Notes under the pieces: generated by a model | Told to the model about the DNA's origin: nothing | Seen by the model: only the letters and a program-made list of their open reading frames with translations | The model's database searches: none | Part shown: positions 35,731 to 48,915 of the stretch, piece after piece | Numbering within the stretch: the first letter of the stretch is position 1 | Layout of the letters: each line of letters starts with the position of its first letter | Source: Azolla caroliniana | Lineage: Eukaryota > Plantae > Polypodiophyta | DNA: 64,000 nt | NCBI GenBank assembly: GCA_043228905.1 | Contig: JBHGNT010000007.1 | Span: 5,394,001-5,458,000, forward strand | Reading direction: 5' to 3' | Made by a program: the position numbers and the translations under genes

Positions 35731-37530
35731 GAGGTCGTTGCCTCTGTTGTAACCGCCGCCTGTGGCGAAGATAGCAAGGAAGAGGTTGTTGCCTCGGTGC
35801 TTTACTATTGTACATTGTGATATAGTGATAGTTTGAAGTCAGTGGGCTGCCGTGGTTTTTCCCTAGTTTGGGTTTTCCACGTTAACATCCCGTGTACTCT
35901 TCTCTTCACTATGTCGTGCGTTCATTACCCGTTTTCTGTGTTTGATTCTAGGCTCGGTTGTGGCCGAGCGTTGTTCATTGGGAGCGTGTATTCCTGTCAA
36001 AACAGGCACTGATGGGAAAATTGGCTAGATGGATGCTGTTGCTCCAAGAATTTTACTTTGTAATTCAGCACCGATCGGGTACGCAACATGTGGTGGTAGA
36101 TTTCTTGAGCAGACTAGATAATGGAGAAATGACGCAAAAAGATGACGATGACTTTCCGGATGCAGACATTTTGCGTATAGCAACTCTAGCAGAACGAATA
36201 GAAAAGACTTTTCCGGATCGATGGTTGATGGAAATGACCTACTTCCTGACCACGGGGTTACCACCACCCAAATTAAGGACAGACGAGAAAAAACGGCTGG
36301 CAGTACGAAGTCGGAATTTCTGTTTAGTCGAAGACATCCTATACCACAAAGGCAGTGACAGCATCTGGAGGTGCAGAATACGACAGGATGAGAAGGTTGC
36401 GGTTTTACGCGAAGCCCACTGTGGTACGGCGGGAGGACATTACGCGGGCGATGTTACGGCCCAGAAAATCTGGCAAGCAGGACTTTGGTGGCCGACTACG
36501 CAAAAGGATGCGTATGAACATTGCAGACAGTGTGATTTATGCCAACGACTGGGTCAACCCACGGAAGTCGCGAGAATGCCACAACAACCGGTGTTGCCAC
36601 TAGATCCTTTCCAAAAGTGGGGGCTAGATTTTGTGGGACCCTTTACCCCGGCGGCGGCTCGAATAGGCAATAAGTATATCCTAGTGGCTACGAATTACTG
36701 CACCAAGTGGGTAGAAGCGAAACCACTACGCGAGAATACAGCGGCAGTCACGACGAAATTCCTTTACGAGCATATCTGGTGTCGTTTCGACTGCCCTATC
36801 GAGCTCATTAGTGATCAAGGGAGTCACTTTCTGAACACGGTCATTAGAGAGCTAACCCAACACTACGCTGTGGTTCACAAAAAGAGTACGTCGTACTACA
36901 CCCAGGCAAATGGGTTGGCCGAATCCACGAACAAAACATTACAAACTATCCTCATAAAGATAGTCAATGAAAACAGAACAGATTGGGATACCAAATTGCA
37001 CAACGCCTTATGGGTGTATTGAACTAGCTATAAGACCAACATACAATCCACACCTTTCAGGCTAGCATTTGGGATGGAGGCCGTGATGCCAGTCGAATTC
37101 TAGGTACCCAGTCTGCGGATTCAAGTATGAACCCGGTTGCTAGAGGGCAAATCCGAACTATTACGGCTACAACAACTACTAGAACTAGGCGAAACAAGGG
37201 TCCGCAGTATGGCCATATTAGAGCAAGAACAACAGCGGCACAAAGCATTCATGGACAGACATCGGCACGCGTGTGAAAAGGATTTTATGGTGGGGAGAGC
37301 AGTATTAGTGTTTCAAAAACGCATGGGGAAATACCAGGAAAATTACGATTCCGTTGGACAGGCCCGTATTGGATAGTAGGAGCGGAATAGGGCACGTTTC
37401 AACTGGGCACCTTGGCCGAGGAAGTGCTACGACAAAAGGTGAATGGGTTTCGCCTTAAACCCTACTTGGGACGTACGCCACCAAACCCGTTCCCCTCCGG
37501 ACGGGACAAAGCCGGAGAATCCACGGGGTA
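33024..37530 (+). pseudogene. Gag C-terminus, protease, RT (largely deleted), RNase H and integrase of the Athila/Tat-like element
   Basis: RT start WLSPIVVVPKKNGKIRVCMDYRKLN; jumps from KTTFVT to RH near 35055; [42 protein letters not shown]. Multiple stops. Confidence 0.85.
35342..35999 (+). mobile_element. Solo LTR (658 bp, probably Copia-type)
   Basis: TGTTAGGAA...TTCCTGTCA with perfect 5-bp TSD AAACA (35337-35341 and 36000-36004). Removing it restores [13 protein letters not shown]. Contains 3 copies of a ~40-bp repeat (35391-35510) and (GA)n. Confidence 0.9.
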
Positions 37531-37899
37531 GGTATAGGGCCCTACTTGTACTATAGTGTAAACATAATAGTGCATGTAACCGTTAAAAAAGAAAAAAAAG
37601 AAAAAAAAAGAAAAAAAGAGAGAGAAGATATCGATGTTAGAAGAGAAAAAAAGAGAGAGAAGAAAACAAGGACTTACGGCATGCAACAACTTCTAGACCA
37701 AGAACACGCGGCACCACGATGGCTCACTGACCAATGAACCCTAGGCCCCAAAAAGAAGAAAATAGAAGGTTTTTTGCACAGTACAGAAAACAACTTTCTA
37801 ACTCTCATCGCTCTCATCGCTCCCCTCACTCACCCTCCTCTCCGTCCTATCACAAAGCTCAAGTTCGCCATCGCCAACAGTCCTCACCCAATAGCCATG

Positions 37900-40234
37900 A
37901 GCCTCAGCATCCTACTATGTCGATACCCATTTCTGCCGCCTTGTGTCGATGGCTCGTGGAGAAACGCCTGGATGGATACATCAGAGTCGCCGAGGCACCC
38001 CCTCACCCTGAAGCCCAGGAAATTGTTAGGAAGCTTAATATCGACACGGTCACCAACACATCCATCCGGAAAAAGCTTGACCTGTCATCACTGGGAGAAA
38101 GGCATTTCGAAATCCCTCCTACGGAAACACTGCAGAGATATTTCGGGCCATATTCAGCGTCCGTCAAGGCATACAGAACGAAAGAAATCCCCGACCCTTC
38201 TTCCGTGAAATAGCCAAGTTCCTGTTGGAGGTCGGATACGTGCATGTAAATGCATAGGGATGCCCAAGTAGAAGGCCGGTATCATCATTGATACCTTTGA
38301 AGGGCACACGGTTGATTGGGGGGTCATTACGGGACCAACGTTACGGGAAGGCCTGCACGCGTATCAAGGAGGCAAAAAGCTAAGACCTATTATACAACAG
38401 TATCTGATGATACTATTCCCACCCCGGGGTCTGCCGGCACCACAACCAAACAAACCCATGCCGCCACCACGATCTGCGAAATGAAGGTTAGTGGAGTTGG
38501 CCACCACAGAGTGGGAGGATGAACCCCAATCAGCCCAGCCTAGCACACGAACAACATAGGAGGAACGGGCGGAGCACAGGGAGGAAGCTTCACAAGAGTA
38601 GGAAGCCGAGCAACGTCAAGAAAGCCCGAGGCCGAAACGACAGAGGCTGGATAGGAAAGATGGGCGCGGGTTAGTTAAAGACACACTCGCGGCCATAGAG
38701 ACGACGACCATAGTCGACAACTCCGTAGCTACGGAGCCCAACACCACCTTCGAAGTAATCCGGGAACCACGGCCGATCATTTCGGCCCAGTCACAACGAT
38801 GGAAAGGTGTATTTACGTCGGAAAGCGAGGTCCTGGTGTATCCGGACATTCCGGACACGGTCCATGAGTTCGGCGCACTATTACAGTTCGGAACTAGTTT
38901 TGAACTCATGGAATTTTTGGCAACCCAACAAATAAAAGTCTCCCAACGAAAGGCCAAGGAGCACGCGGAGCGACAAATGATCGAGCGCGCGCTAACGTAA
39001 ATGGCAGAATGCGACGATGAGGAGCAGCTAGCCAGAGTCGACAGACAGCGGAACGCCGGTATACGCCGAATGGGGATGGAACTACCCCCATTAAATGCAG
39101 CCCTCGTCGAAGTTCATAGGGAACTGGCTAAGGTTAGTATTGGTGCCAAGGATATGGCGATTAAAAATAAAAATGTTTGGAAAATGGTTAAACTGACCCA
39201 AGCCGAGCTACAAAAGGCCAACGCACGCATTGCGGAGTTGGAACATAACGTGACTACGGCGCAACCGGCAGCTCAACCAACAGACAATGCCGTCGAGGCC
39301 CTGAGAGAAGAAATTGAAGCACAAACCGCCATTGCCTCGAAAGCAAAAAGGGTCATGCAACTGGCGGAATCAGAGATTGACCGCCTCCACTCCGAACTTC
39401 GCCAGTCCTCGGACAGAGAAAAGGACATCCGGGCCAACGGTTGAAAGACAGTGAAGACCCTTGAAGAGAAACTCATAGCGGAGGCAGCACAACACACCCG
39501 CACGAAAGAAGAAAACACCAAACTACGGGAGGAAGCGAAAAAATTGGAAGCGGCAATTACGGGACTCTGGGGGTTATTAGAAAAGAAGAAAGCATGGTTC
39601 GACGAGCAGCTGGTAGGGGAACAGGAGAGGAGGCATCGGCTCAAAATCCGCCTGAACAATGAAATGGGAAAGCTAGAAGAATTACATTCAAAGGAATCTC
39701 AGCTATGGGCAGGAATGAGGAGCAACTATGAGGAAGCGGAGACGGTCAGTAAACAAGAAATCGAAAACCTCAAGAAAACCATAGAAGACGCACACAACCG
39801 GCAGCACGCGACCAAACGCGGAATCCGTCGCAATACCAGTAAAGGATACTGTCGAACGAAAGGAACCTCAACCCACGTTACCGGAATTAACCACTATGGA
39901 GGGCAGCACGGAACCGCAAGCGGAGATCACTGATCGGGAGGAACCCCAACCCCATTCACCGGAGCGTACACCTATGCCCGGCACCACGGAGGACGTTATG
40001 AACGAGACAAAACCTCGACCTACCGAGAGCCCACCGACGGTTGAGCCAGCCACAGTAGAACAGGACAAGACAACGGAACCCGGACCGCCCACACAGGAAG
40101 CCAACGACACCATGGAAAGCCCTACCGACCAAGTCCTGGAACCACGCAACGACGCATCTACGGACACTACGTTGTCCCCAGACCCGGACACTGGGGCAAA
40201 GCCAAACATCTGGGCCATTTTGGAGGAAGATTAA
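37900..40234 (+). pseudogene. Extra 3' ORF (coiled-coil, P/T/E-rich tail) between integrase and the 3' LTR
   Basis: Consecutive sense-strand ORF fragments 37734-38213, 39001-39444, 39451-39933 and 39896-40234 with E/K/A/L-rich heptad-like composition. Confidence 0.55.
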
Positions 40235-43200
40235 AGAGGTGGGTCCGACGTGCCATGGCACTGTCCCATAGGCGTGCCAGGTGTTGTCCGTCGGAATAGT
40301 AACTGACGGACAGGAGCACAGAAATATAGAATATAGTAAAAACGTAACGCATGTAAATGGTTCACGTGGGAAGCGTGAACGACTAAAAGACCCTGTGTAT
40401 ATAAAGGGCAGAAATCCTCTGATAGAGGTTGGCTTTTGCCGGTCCGAACCTTCGGCTCCGGTTCCATCCTCGCGCTTGCCTCTCCATAGGCTCGTTTGAC
40501 CTGTCAACAGGTCGTTCGCTGCGATCTCTTCTTGTACGCATGCTTGTCTCGTGGCCCTTGATCGAACATATACATGCCCCTTTCTACGCCTTATACCCGG
40601 TGTCCTCCACGTCCGAGGAGCACCCCGTAGTGGCCCACTTGGCCTCCGTTGATCGTCGCGATGCCTTGATTACTCGTTTTGTGTTGTGGTTCGCTATTGC
40701 CTTTGTCCCCTCGCCCCAACCTTCCTTCTCCTCGGTCTTACATTGCCACCACGGCCGGACTGTCGAGGTCTCTAGAAATGGTGTGTAGGATCCTTCTAGG
40801 GCCGTCGATGTTCTTCGAGGCTACCGACCCAAACAATCGGTCCTCGCACTCATATTCTCGTCCAGGCACCTCCGTGTGTTGCGTAACTCTTGACTACGCC
40901 CCACAAGAGGCTCAGTCCGCCATCCTCCTTCGCTCGGCGCCACCCGTCCTGAACTCCGGTCTTTTTCCGTGCACGCTTCATCGGCCCATGCCCAGCTAGA
41001 TCGTGCATCTTCGCTGGTCGTTTCTCCGCATACCGGTGTCCTCCGCATTCGAGGAACACCCTGTGTCGGCCCGCTTGTCCCCTTTCTATCCGCGCTGTTG
41101 CAATTGGTTCGGCGCCATACACTTGTCGTCGTCCCCTCGCCCCTACCAATTTGTTATCTCGGGCTTGGCTTGCCACATGAGTTGTTGCCACTCCAACTGA
41201 GCCGCCGAGATCTCCAAAGCGAGTGTGGAGGATCCTCCTTTGGTGATCAATACCGTTTCCAGTTACAAACCCGTGCAGCCTATCCTGCGCCCAGTTTTCG
41301 ACGCGGCACCACCGTGTGCCATCTTCCACCTTCCTTGCTTTGCACCGCATGTGCCGAACACCGTCTTGTACCCGTTCTTTACTTCGGCCCTCAATGGGCA
41401 CACACATGTCTTCCGATCCGCTTCCAGGTGTGCCGTTTCGGCTCGACACACCGCTCCCCGCTTGGGTGTCCTTGGTAGCTTTCCGTGCTGCTACCCACGA
41501 AGGATCAACCTTGCCGATTTCGGCCCGCCTGGCTTTCGTTGTTCTCGCGACGGCTTGGTTGCTCGGTGCCTCTGTTGCTACGACCTTCATCCCCTCGCTG
41601 CCACCGTTTGTATCTTGGTCTGACGTTAGCTCCCCGTGCTGACCGTTGAAATCTCTAGATCCGGTGTGGAGGATCCTTCTCGGGCCTCCGATCCGTTAGG
41701 CAACCGACTCGCATACCAAGCGTGTCCGATCTTCATCCTTTTGACCTTGCCGATTGGGTCTGTATCCGGTTTGTGGCCGCGTCGCCGGCCTGATACCTTT
41801 TTCCACTCCTTTTCAGCCCTTCGGCTTGATCCCGTTCCCCTACCGCCATCGTCCTTCTCTCTAGGTCGACCGCCGGCTCTCGGGTCGACCGCCGGAGTCT
41901 CTAGATCAGTGTGAGGATCGTTGTAGGATTGCCCATCTGCACTTCTACTCTGTATCTCGGGATCCGGTTCACCTGACGCCATCGTCCTTCTCTCTAGGTC
42001 TCATGTCGGCTCTCAGGCTGACCGTCGGAGTCTCCGGATTGGTGCGACGATCGCCGTAGGACGGCCCCATTGCTGCCTTTGCCCTCGTCCCCTCGCCGCC
42101 ACCGTCAATCTCTTGGTCTTATGTCGGCTCCGCTGCCGACTTTTGAAGTCTCTAGATCCGGTGTGAAGGGTCCTCCTTGCGCCTCTCGTCTTTCCCGACC
42201 CTATCCTGGGTCGTCCTTCTCCACAAGTCAAGATGGTGGCTCGCTCCACACCCTCTCCCGTGGCACCACAGTACCGTATTCTTGGCCTTGCCCTAGGCCT
42301 GCCTCTTCCTCCCTTCCAGGTCGGTTATCTGGAAATCCGCTCCGCCCGGTTCTCGTCTAGGTCCATCCGTCACTCTCTAAATTGCCGAGTTCCGTTCTCC
42401 TGCCGAGTTTCGAGTATCTTGGTCTTACGTCGTATCCGATGCCTACCGCTGAAGTCTCTAGCTCGGTGTGAGGTGACCCATAGGACCGGTCTTCGTTCCT
42501 CCATTCGTTCGACCCTGCCGATCGGGTCCAGTTCCGGTTAGTGGCCGCCTTGCCGGCCTCATGCCTCTTGTGCGCTCCGCATACCGCTTCCCGCCTTCCG
42601 AACATGTCCCTTGCCGCCACAATCCATCTCTCTAGGTCTCACGTCGGAGTCTCCGGATCGGTGTGAGGGTCCCTTTTTTGTCTCCTGAACCTTTCCTGGG
42701 TCTTCTTTCTCCGCATGTCGAGAGGGTGGCTCGCTCCACACCCTCTCCCGTGGTACCGCTGTACCATGTTCCCAGCCTCTCCGTAGGCCTGCTTCCTCCA
42801 CCCTTCCGGATCGGTTATTTGGAAGTTCGCCTCGCCCGATTCTCGTCCACATCCACCGACCCTTTTAGTGGTGTCGGTGGAAAGCATCCGCTCCATGATC
42901 GATCAAGCCCCGCCTGGGCTTGATTCTCCAATGTTTGGAGTTTTGGCTCCGATGCCAATCCTGTCGGACTCGTTTTCTACTCTCGATAATCTTCTTCCCG
43001 ACTCCCGACCTTCGCTCGATCGGTCTTTCTCCCCATGTAAAAGAGGGTGGCTCGTCCCGCACCCTCTCTCGTATCGGCATCTTCATACTGAACCTGGGCC
43101 TTGTCGATCGGTTCTACCGCCTCGGGCCGGTTTCGGATGAATGATCCACATCCAGATCGTGCTCCAACCGAATCGGAATGCCGACCAACTCGATCCCTGG

Positions 43201-43701
43201 TCGGGTCGACCACCGATTCTGCTCCCCTCGGCGCCGCTTCTCATTCCGTCCTTCTTCTCTACTGCGGTTCCGTCCTCGACGTCCTCGTAGGCCGTTTCCC
43301 ATCCTTCTTCGCTGGCATCGTGCCAAGACTCCTCGTTGGCGCCTTCCATCTCTCCGGTCTTATGTCGGCACACGGGCTCGACTGCCAGAGTCTCCGGAAT
43401 CCGCGTGGAGGGCTCTTCTCCGCTCCCAACCTCCTCCTCGGCCGGTCTTTCTCCGCAAGTCGAGAGGGCGTCTCGCTCCACACCCTCTCCCATGGTACAA
43501 TCGTACCATTCTTCGGCCTCTGCCTGGGCCATGTCTGCCTCGTTTGGAAGGCCGACTAACTCTGAGTCTTCGGAATCCATCCGCATGCCGGATCTCTCTT
43601 CTTCTTCAACCATCGCCTTCAGAGCCTCGAACGCTTCCCGGACCAAGGCTTCGACATCGAGCTTCGCCGATCCTTCTTGTTGCGTGCCCGCTTCCTTCCG
43701 T

Positions 43702-44447
43702 TGTCGTGTTGTTCCGCTTTCGCGTAGGAAACAAGCCGGGACCGCAGGGGCCTTGAACCGAGGAGGAAGAGAGAGAGAGGGAGGCAGAGCGGGAGAAGAG
43801 TGCAAGCGTAGGCCAGTTAGGCCTGTTTGCAACTGACAACACTTGCCGGCTGAATGAACCACTATGCGTATTGGAACAAGATGCACACTAGCGTAAAAGA
43901 GAGACTCATAGAAACACAGAGAGAGAGGGAAAACAAGAGATTCAATTACAATAACAGTAAAGGTTACACTGTTTGCAAGATTATAGCCAGATAGTCGACG
44001 ATAGACCCAACCGAGACAATCACGCACCCACGCATACACACACACACATTACAGCCTTTGCCAGAAAGCACACGGGCTTTCCTTGAAGCAGAGGCAACAA
44101 ACTCAGAAATCCTGCAGAGAACAACAATAGAGGAGGAGAGAGCTCGGTTCCTAGTCCGATAGTACCTTGTCCTAGCCAAAAACGCCTCTTTTTCAGTCTC
44201 CTCCCCTTCCTTTATAGTCCGCCGGGGAGGGACCGTTACATCCTGGTCACATCACTTTTACTCTTTGTCCCTTCGGACAGAGATCCGCTTCTATTTACTA
44301 GCTTATTAATATATATTTCCTAGGATATACAAATCACGCCAGCCTATTCCTAGTTATGTACAGTGTGTTGGTTTGAGTGCACACGCGTAAGTGCTGTTTC
44401 ACGTGCCGAATTCCATGATTCCACCTAAGGCCGGTTTCTCCACGACA
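43702..44447 (-). mobile_element. Solo LTR of the Trp-primed family
   Basis: tgtcgtg...cacgaca; similar to LTR 21397-22097; flanks ccgt/tcgt. Confidence 0.8.
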
Positions 44448-45121
44448 TCGTGACGACACGCCGTCACTCATTATCGTCCCTTTGCCTTTTGCGAACCGCT
44501 CCTCATCCAACCGTCGGCATACTCGCTTGACTTCCGACTAGTCCTCGGTAAGGCCATTCGCTCCGTCCTCGTCTTCGAGCTCAATTTCGATGGCCTCCCG
44601 TTCCACTCGGTCGATCGACCTAACGAACAACAGGACTTTGTCCACCCCCACCAGTCTTTGATCCCGCTCCGGGAGCCGAGCAAGCCGCTGTCAGGAACAG
44701 TACTAAGATAGAGAAGGAATTAGTACTAAAAGAAGTATTAGTACTAAGAGAGGTGAAGAACTCTCGAGAGAAGGAAGGAGTGAGTGAGAGGGAGGAGAGA
44801 GAGAGAGAGAGAGAGATCGAGAGAGAGAGAGAGTGATGATAAGAAAAGATATATATTATGTGAAGAAAATGTACAGTAGCTAGGAGGCTTAAGACTAGCG
44901 TTGAACCAATTTGGTTCGAAATAATGCCTTGTGCCTCCTTTTATATTGCTCTCAAGATTAGTCCTGAAGCTTCTAGAATGTTCTAGAGAAATTTGGAATA
45001 TACATCAATTTTCTATAATAAAATATAAATGAAAATAATATTTTATGTATTATAATGTATAGTTTAATGGTTAAGAGCTCGACCCATGTAGCATAAGGTC
45101 ATGGGTTCGAGTTTTGCCATA

Positions 45122-45742
45122 TCATGACACTATCCCCCCTTTAAAATGACGAGTGTAACGAGTCGTTTTGGATTGAGGACCTGGCTTGTCTGGATATTGA
45201 CGATGGAAGTCTTCAAGAAGAGCACAAGCATTGGTGACATTCTCTATCGGTTCCCAAGTACGCTCGCTGGGACTATATCCTAGCCAGTCGACTAGATAGT
45301 AGAGCTTGTTGCGAACAAGGTTGGAATCAAGGATGGCGGCAACCTCGTACTCAGGTCCATCTTCAAGCTCGATCGGGGGTGGAGGCTGTGTAATACGTCC
45401 TAGGATGGTGCTTTCTTGATAGGGTTTGAGGAGAGAACTATGAAACACCGGATGTATCCGAAGTTGTGGAGGTAGATCAAGACGAAAAACGACATCATTA
45501 ATCTTTCCGATAATACGAAAAGGACATAATCGCCGATAATCCAACTTCTCGCATGGGCGAGTAGTCTTGATGTGTCGTCGGAGTAGCCATACCCAATCTC
45601 CAATGTTAAAACTAGATGGGAGTCGATGACGATCTGCATAAACCTTGTGTGTTTGTTGAGCTTGTTGGAGATGAGTAGATAAATCCGCTTGTATCTTGCG
45701 TAACCTCTCCAAACGATCTTCTGCGCAAGGATTTGTGGACAC
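45122..45742 (-). pseudogene. Integrase C-terminus (GPY/F region) plus chromodomain
   Basis: KLDYRRLCPF...IHPVFHSSLLKPY...EYEVAAILDS...YYLVDWLGY..SERTWEP. Confidence 0.88.
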
Positions 45743-45767
45743 CTTTGGGGTTTCAAGTACACTACAG

Positions 45768-45800
45768 AGGGTTTAGGGTTTAGGGTTTAGGGTTTAGGGG
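45768..45800 (+). repeat. Interstitial telomeric repeat (TTTAGGG)4
   Basis: agggtttagggtttagggtttagggtttagggg at the RNase H / IN-C junction. Confidence 0.9.
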
Positions 45801-48800
45801 TGCTAGATACGAATGCCGTGATAATGCATCTACCTTCCCTTGGTGCTTCCCCAGACGATATGTAATTTTGAAGTCGAAACGCGTGAGGAAGTGGGCCCAC
45901 CGAGCTTGACGTCGATTCAACACACGAGCATCCTGAAAGTAGGCAAAGTTCTTGTGGTCACTAAATACGGTGACCGGATGAGAGGATCCCTCCAGAAAAT
46001 GCCTCCATTGCATAAAAGAATCCACTATTGCCAATAACTCCTTATTATGAATTTCGTAGTTGATTTCAGCGGTGTCAAACTTGCGTGAGTGAAAAGCCAC
46101 AGGATGTAGCTTCTCATCATTCCCCTGTTGTGACAGAATGCTCCCCAATGCAAAATCCGATGCGTCAGCTTCGATAATAAATGGTTTTTCTGGATCGACA
46201 TGAGCTAGAATTGGAGCCAATGTAAATGCCTTTTTAAGACTCTCGAAAGCCACGTCCGTTTCTTCAGACCAAATGAACGGTTGTCCCTTCCTAGTAAGTT
46301 GTGTGAGAGGTAGAACGATCTTTGAGTAATCTTGTATGAACTTCCGGTAAAAATTGGCAAAGCCTAGGAAGCATTGCACATCCCGCACCGAACGTGGAGT
46401 CTGCCATTCTACCACCGTTTTGACCTTAGCTGGGTCCATGGAGATGCCTTCTGACGAAATGATGTAGCCGAGAAATTCCACTTGGTTGCACCCGAAACTA
46501 CATTTTTCCAGCTTTGCATACAGACCATGTTCTCGAAGTTGTTTTAGTACTAATAGTACATGAGAATCATGTTCTTCTTGGGTCTTTGAATAAACCAGTA
46601 GATCATCCAATTAGATGATCAAACAATCATCCAATAGATCTCGGAATATATCATTAGCCATGTGCTGGAAGACTGCCGGTGCATTAGTGAGGCCGAACGG
46701 CATGACCGTATACTCGAAGTGCCCATATTTGGTGCGAAACGCGGTCTTCCATTCGTCTCCTGGTCGGATCCGTACGAGGTTATATGCTCCCCGTAAGTCG
46801 ATCTTTGTGAAGAACCTGGCACCATTGATCCGTTCTAAAAGACTTGAGATAAGGGGAAGAGCATACCTATTCTTGATTGTAACCTTATTCAGGCCACGGT
46901 AATCTACAACAAGACGAAGCAATCCATCCTTTTTCTTGACGAAGAAAATGGGCGCGCCGGCTGGAGATTTCGAATGCCGGATGAAACCATTTTCCAAATT
47001 CTCCTCTATATAGGCCCAAAGGACTTCCAGCTCAGTTGGTGACAAATTGTAGATCGGTCCCCATGGCGGCTCTTTTCCCGGTTGTAAATCGATGGGGCAA
47101 TCGTACGGTCGATGATGAGGAACTGTGTTGGCTTGTACTTTATCGAACACATCGGCGTAATGACGATACTTCTCGGGAAGTTGAACGGTGGATCCTTCTT
47201 TAGTGGTGCTGTAGGGGTTTACTGTTATTGCAAAGAGGAACATTTCCTCCTTGTGCCCTTCTTTACGCAACTGACGTAGCGAAATGGTTGCCATCTTCTG
47301 AGTTGACCCTTGGGTTTGTCGACACCGGATTTCTCTTGTTCTCCGATCTATATCTGGGTTATGTAACTCGAACCACGGTAATCCTAAAACTATGGGATGT
47401 TCTGGGATACTAATAATATTAAATGATACTACACATGCTAAGTTATCTAGGACAATATTAATGGGTTCTGACTCTTCTATGATATTTCCGGAAGCAATGG
47501 GACGTCCATCAATGACTACTACAGAGGCTGGACACTGGAGTTTTCTTAGGGATATCTTATGAGCTTGAGCAAATTTCTTATCCATAAAGCAAGAGTTACT
47601 CCAGAATCTAGGAGTGCTAGGACATGTACTGGAGGGGTATTTTTAGTACTAACTATTACTTGGGCTACGAACACATCACTAACTTGCTTAGAGGGAATGG
47701 AACCACTAATGGGCTGCACAGATCTAGGGTTGTCCAACCAAACGGCTCCTATTTTGGCTGGACTTAGTCGTTTAACTCTTCTTCTAACTGATTAAGGACA
47801 TCAAATCTGTTTGGTAGATTTGGGCTATTAGTACTATTAGGACTATCAGATATCCCTACTGAAATAGGCTCGGGTTTAGTACAATGAGAACTAGCGACTA
47901 TTTGGTTTACCGGTCTTCTTGGCCTATGGGGGCAATTTATTGCAATATGTCCTGGTCCACCGCAGTAAAGACATAGTCGATTTGTACGGCGTCGCTGCTT
48001 TTCTTCTTCGGATAATGGCCCTCGACGACGTGTAGTGTCAATTTCCATCGGAGTCGGAGTATTCGTTGGAGGCGCATTATATGACTCCCTCGGAAAAGGT
48101 CTTGCTACCGTTGAGGCGTAGGTGGGCTCTGATCTTGCCCTCGACATCTGTAGTTGTCGTTTCGAACATCGCTCAAAGAGGCGGTTGTCACATCTCACCG
48201 CGCGACTGATTGCTTCTGTTAAGGACTTTGGCTCTTCGGGGAAGGTCAAGAGTAAATCCTTGACGTCGTTGCGTAAACCAGAACGGAATTGCTCCATCAA
48301 CGCTTGATCATCCCAAGGGATATCGGTGGCGAGTAGGCGAAAATTTGCAGCATATGCGGAGGATGGACGGTCACCTTGGCGTAATCGCCGAATTTTGTTG
48401 ATTGCGGTCCTGATGCTGTCAGTATCTCTGAAACATGCTTTAAACTCACCTAGAAACTCTTCAAAATTGTTGAGTAACGGGGATTCCTTTTCTAATAGTG
48501 GAGCGAACCATGCCAACGCTGAGCCACTTAACAAAGTGCCTACTAAACCCACTCGTGATGCATCAGTGGGATACCGGGAAGGATGCATTTGAATAACTAA
48601 TCGTACCTAGTTAAGGAACCCTCTAAACTGCGATCGCGTTCCATCGAACTTCGTGGGAAGGCCAATCTTGGGTTCTTTATGAATCCCTTGTGTTCCGGGC
48701 CCTTGTTGTTGCATCGCTATGATGGTTGCTTCGAGTTGTTGCACGCGTAACGCAAGTTCCCCATGCTGTTGTTGCGTTTGCTGCTTTTCTAAGGAGATTT

Positions 48801-48915
48801 GCTGAAGATCCCCCAACAACCGTTGGTTTTCTTGTTCCAAAGCATAGAACTTCTCTTTCAAGCATTGAAATTCCAAGAAAACAGATTGATATTCTTCAGC
48901 GCTAACAGTGGCCAT
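45780..48915 (-). pseudogene. Chromovirus gag-PR-RT-RNase H
   Basis: ORFs 48607-48915, 47764-48588, 47546-47737, 46611-47585 and 45780-46610; motifs [23 protein letters not shown]; YLDD has become *LDD. Confidence 0.9.

Larger units (their letters stand above)
17304..40428 (+). mobile_element. Degenerate non-chromovirus Ty3/Gypsy (Athila/Tat-like) element with an extra 3' ORF, interrupted by nested insertions
   Basis: LTR-like repeats at 17304-~17772 and 40282-40428 (second one truncated). Gag fragments at 17776-18584, 29581-29793 and 33024-33530; PR ~33920; RT 34531-35050; RNase H/IN to ~37530. Confidence 0.7.
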
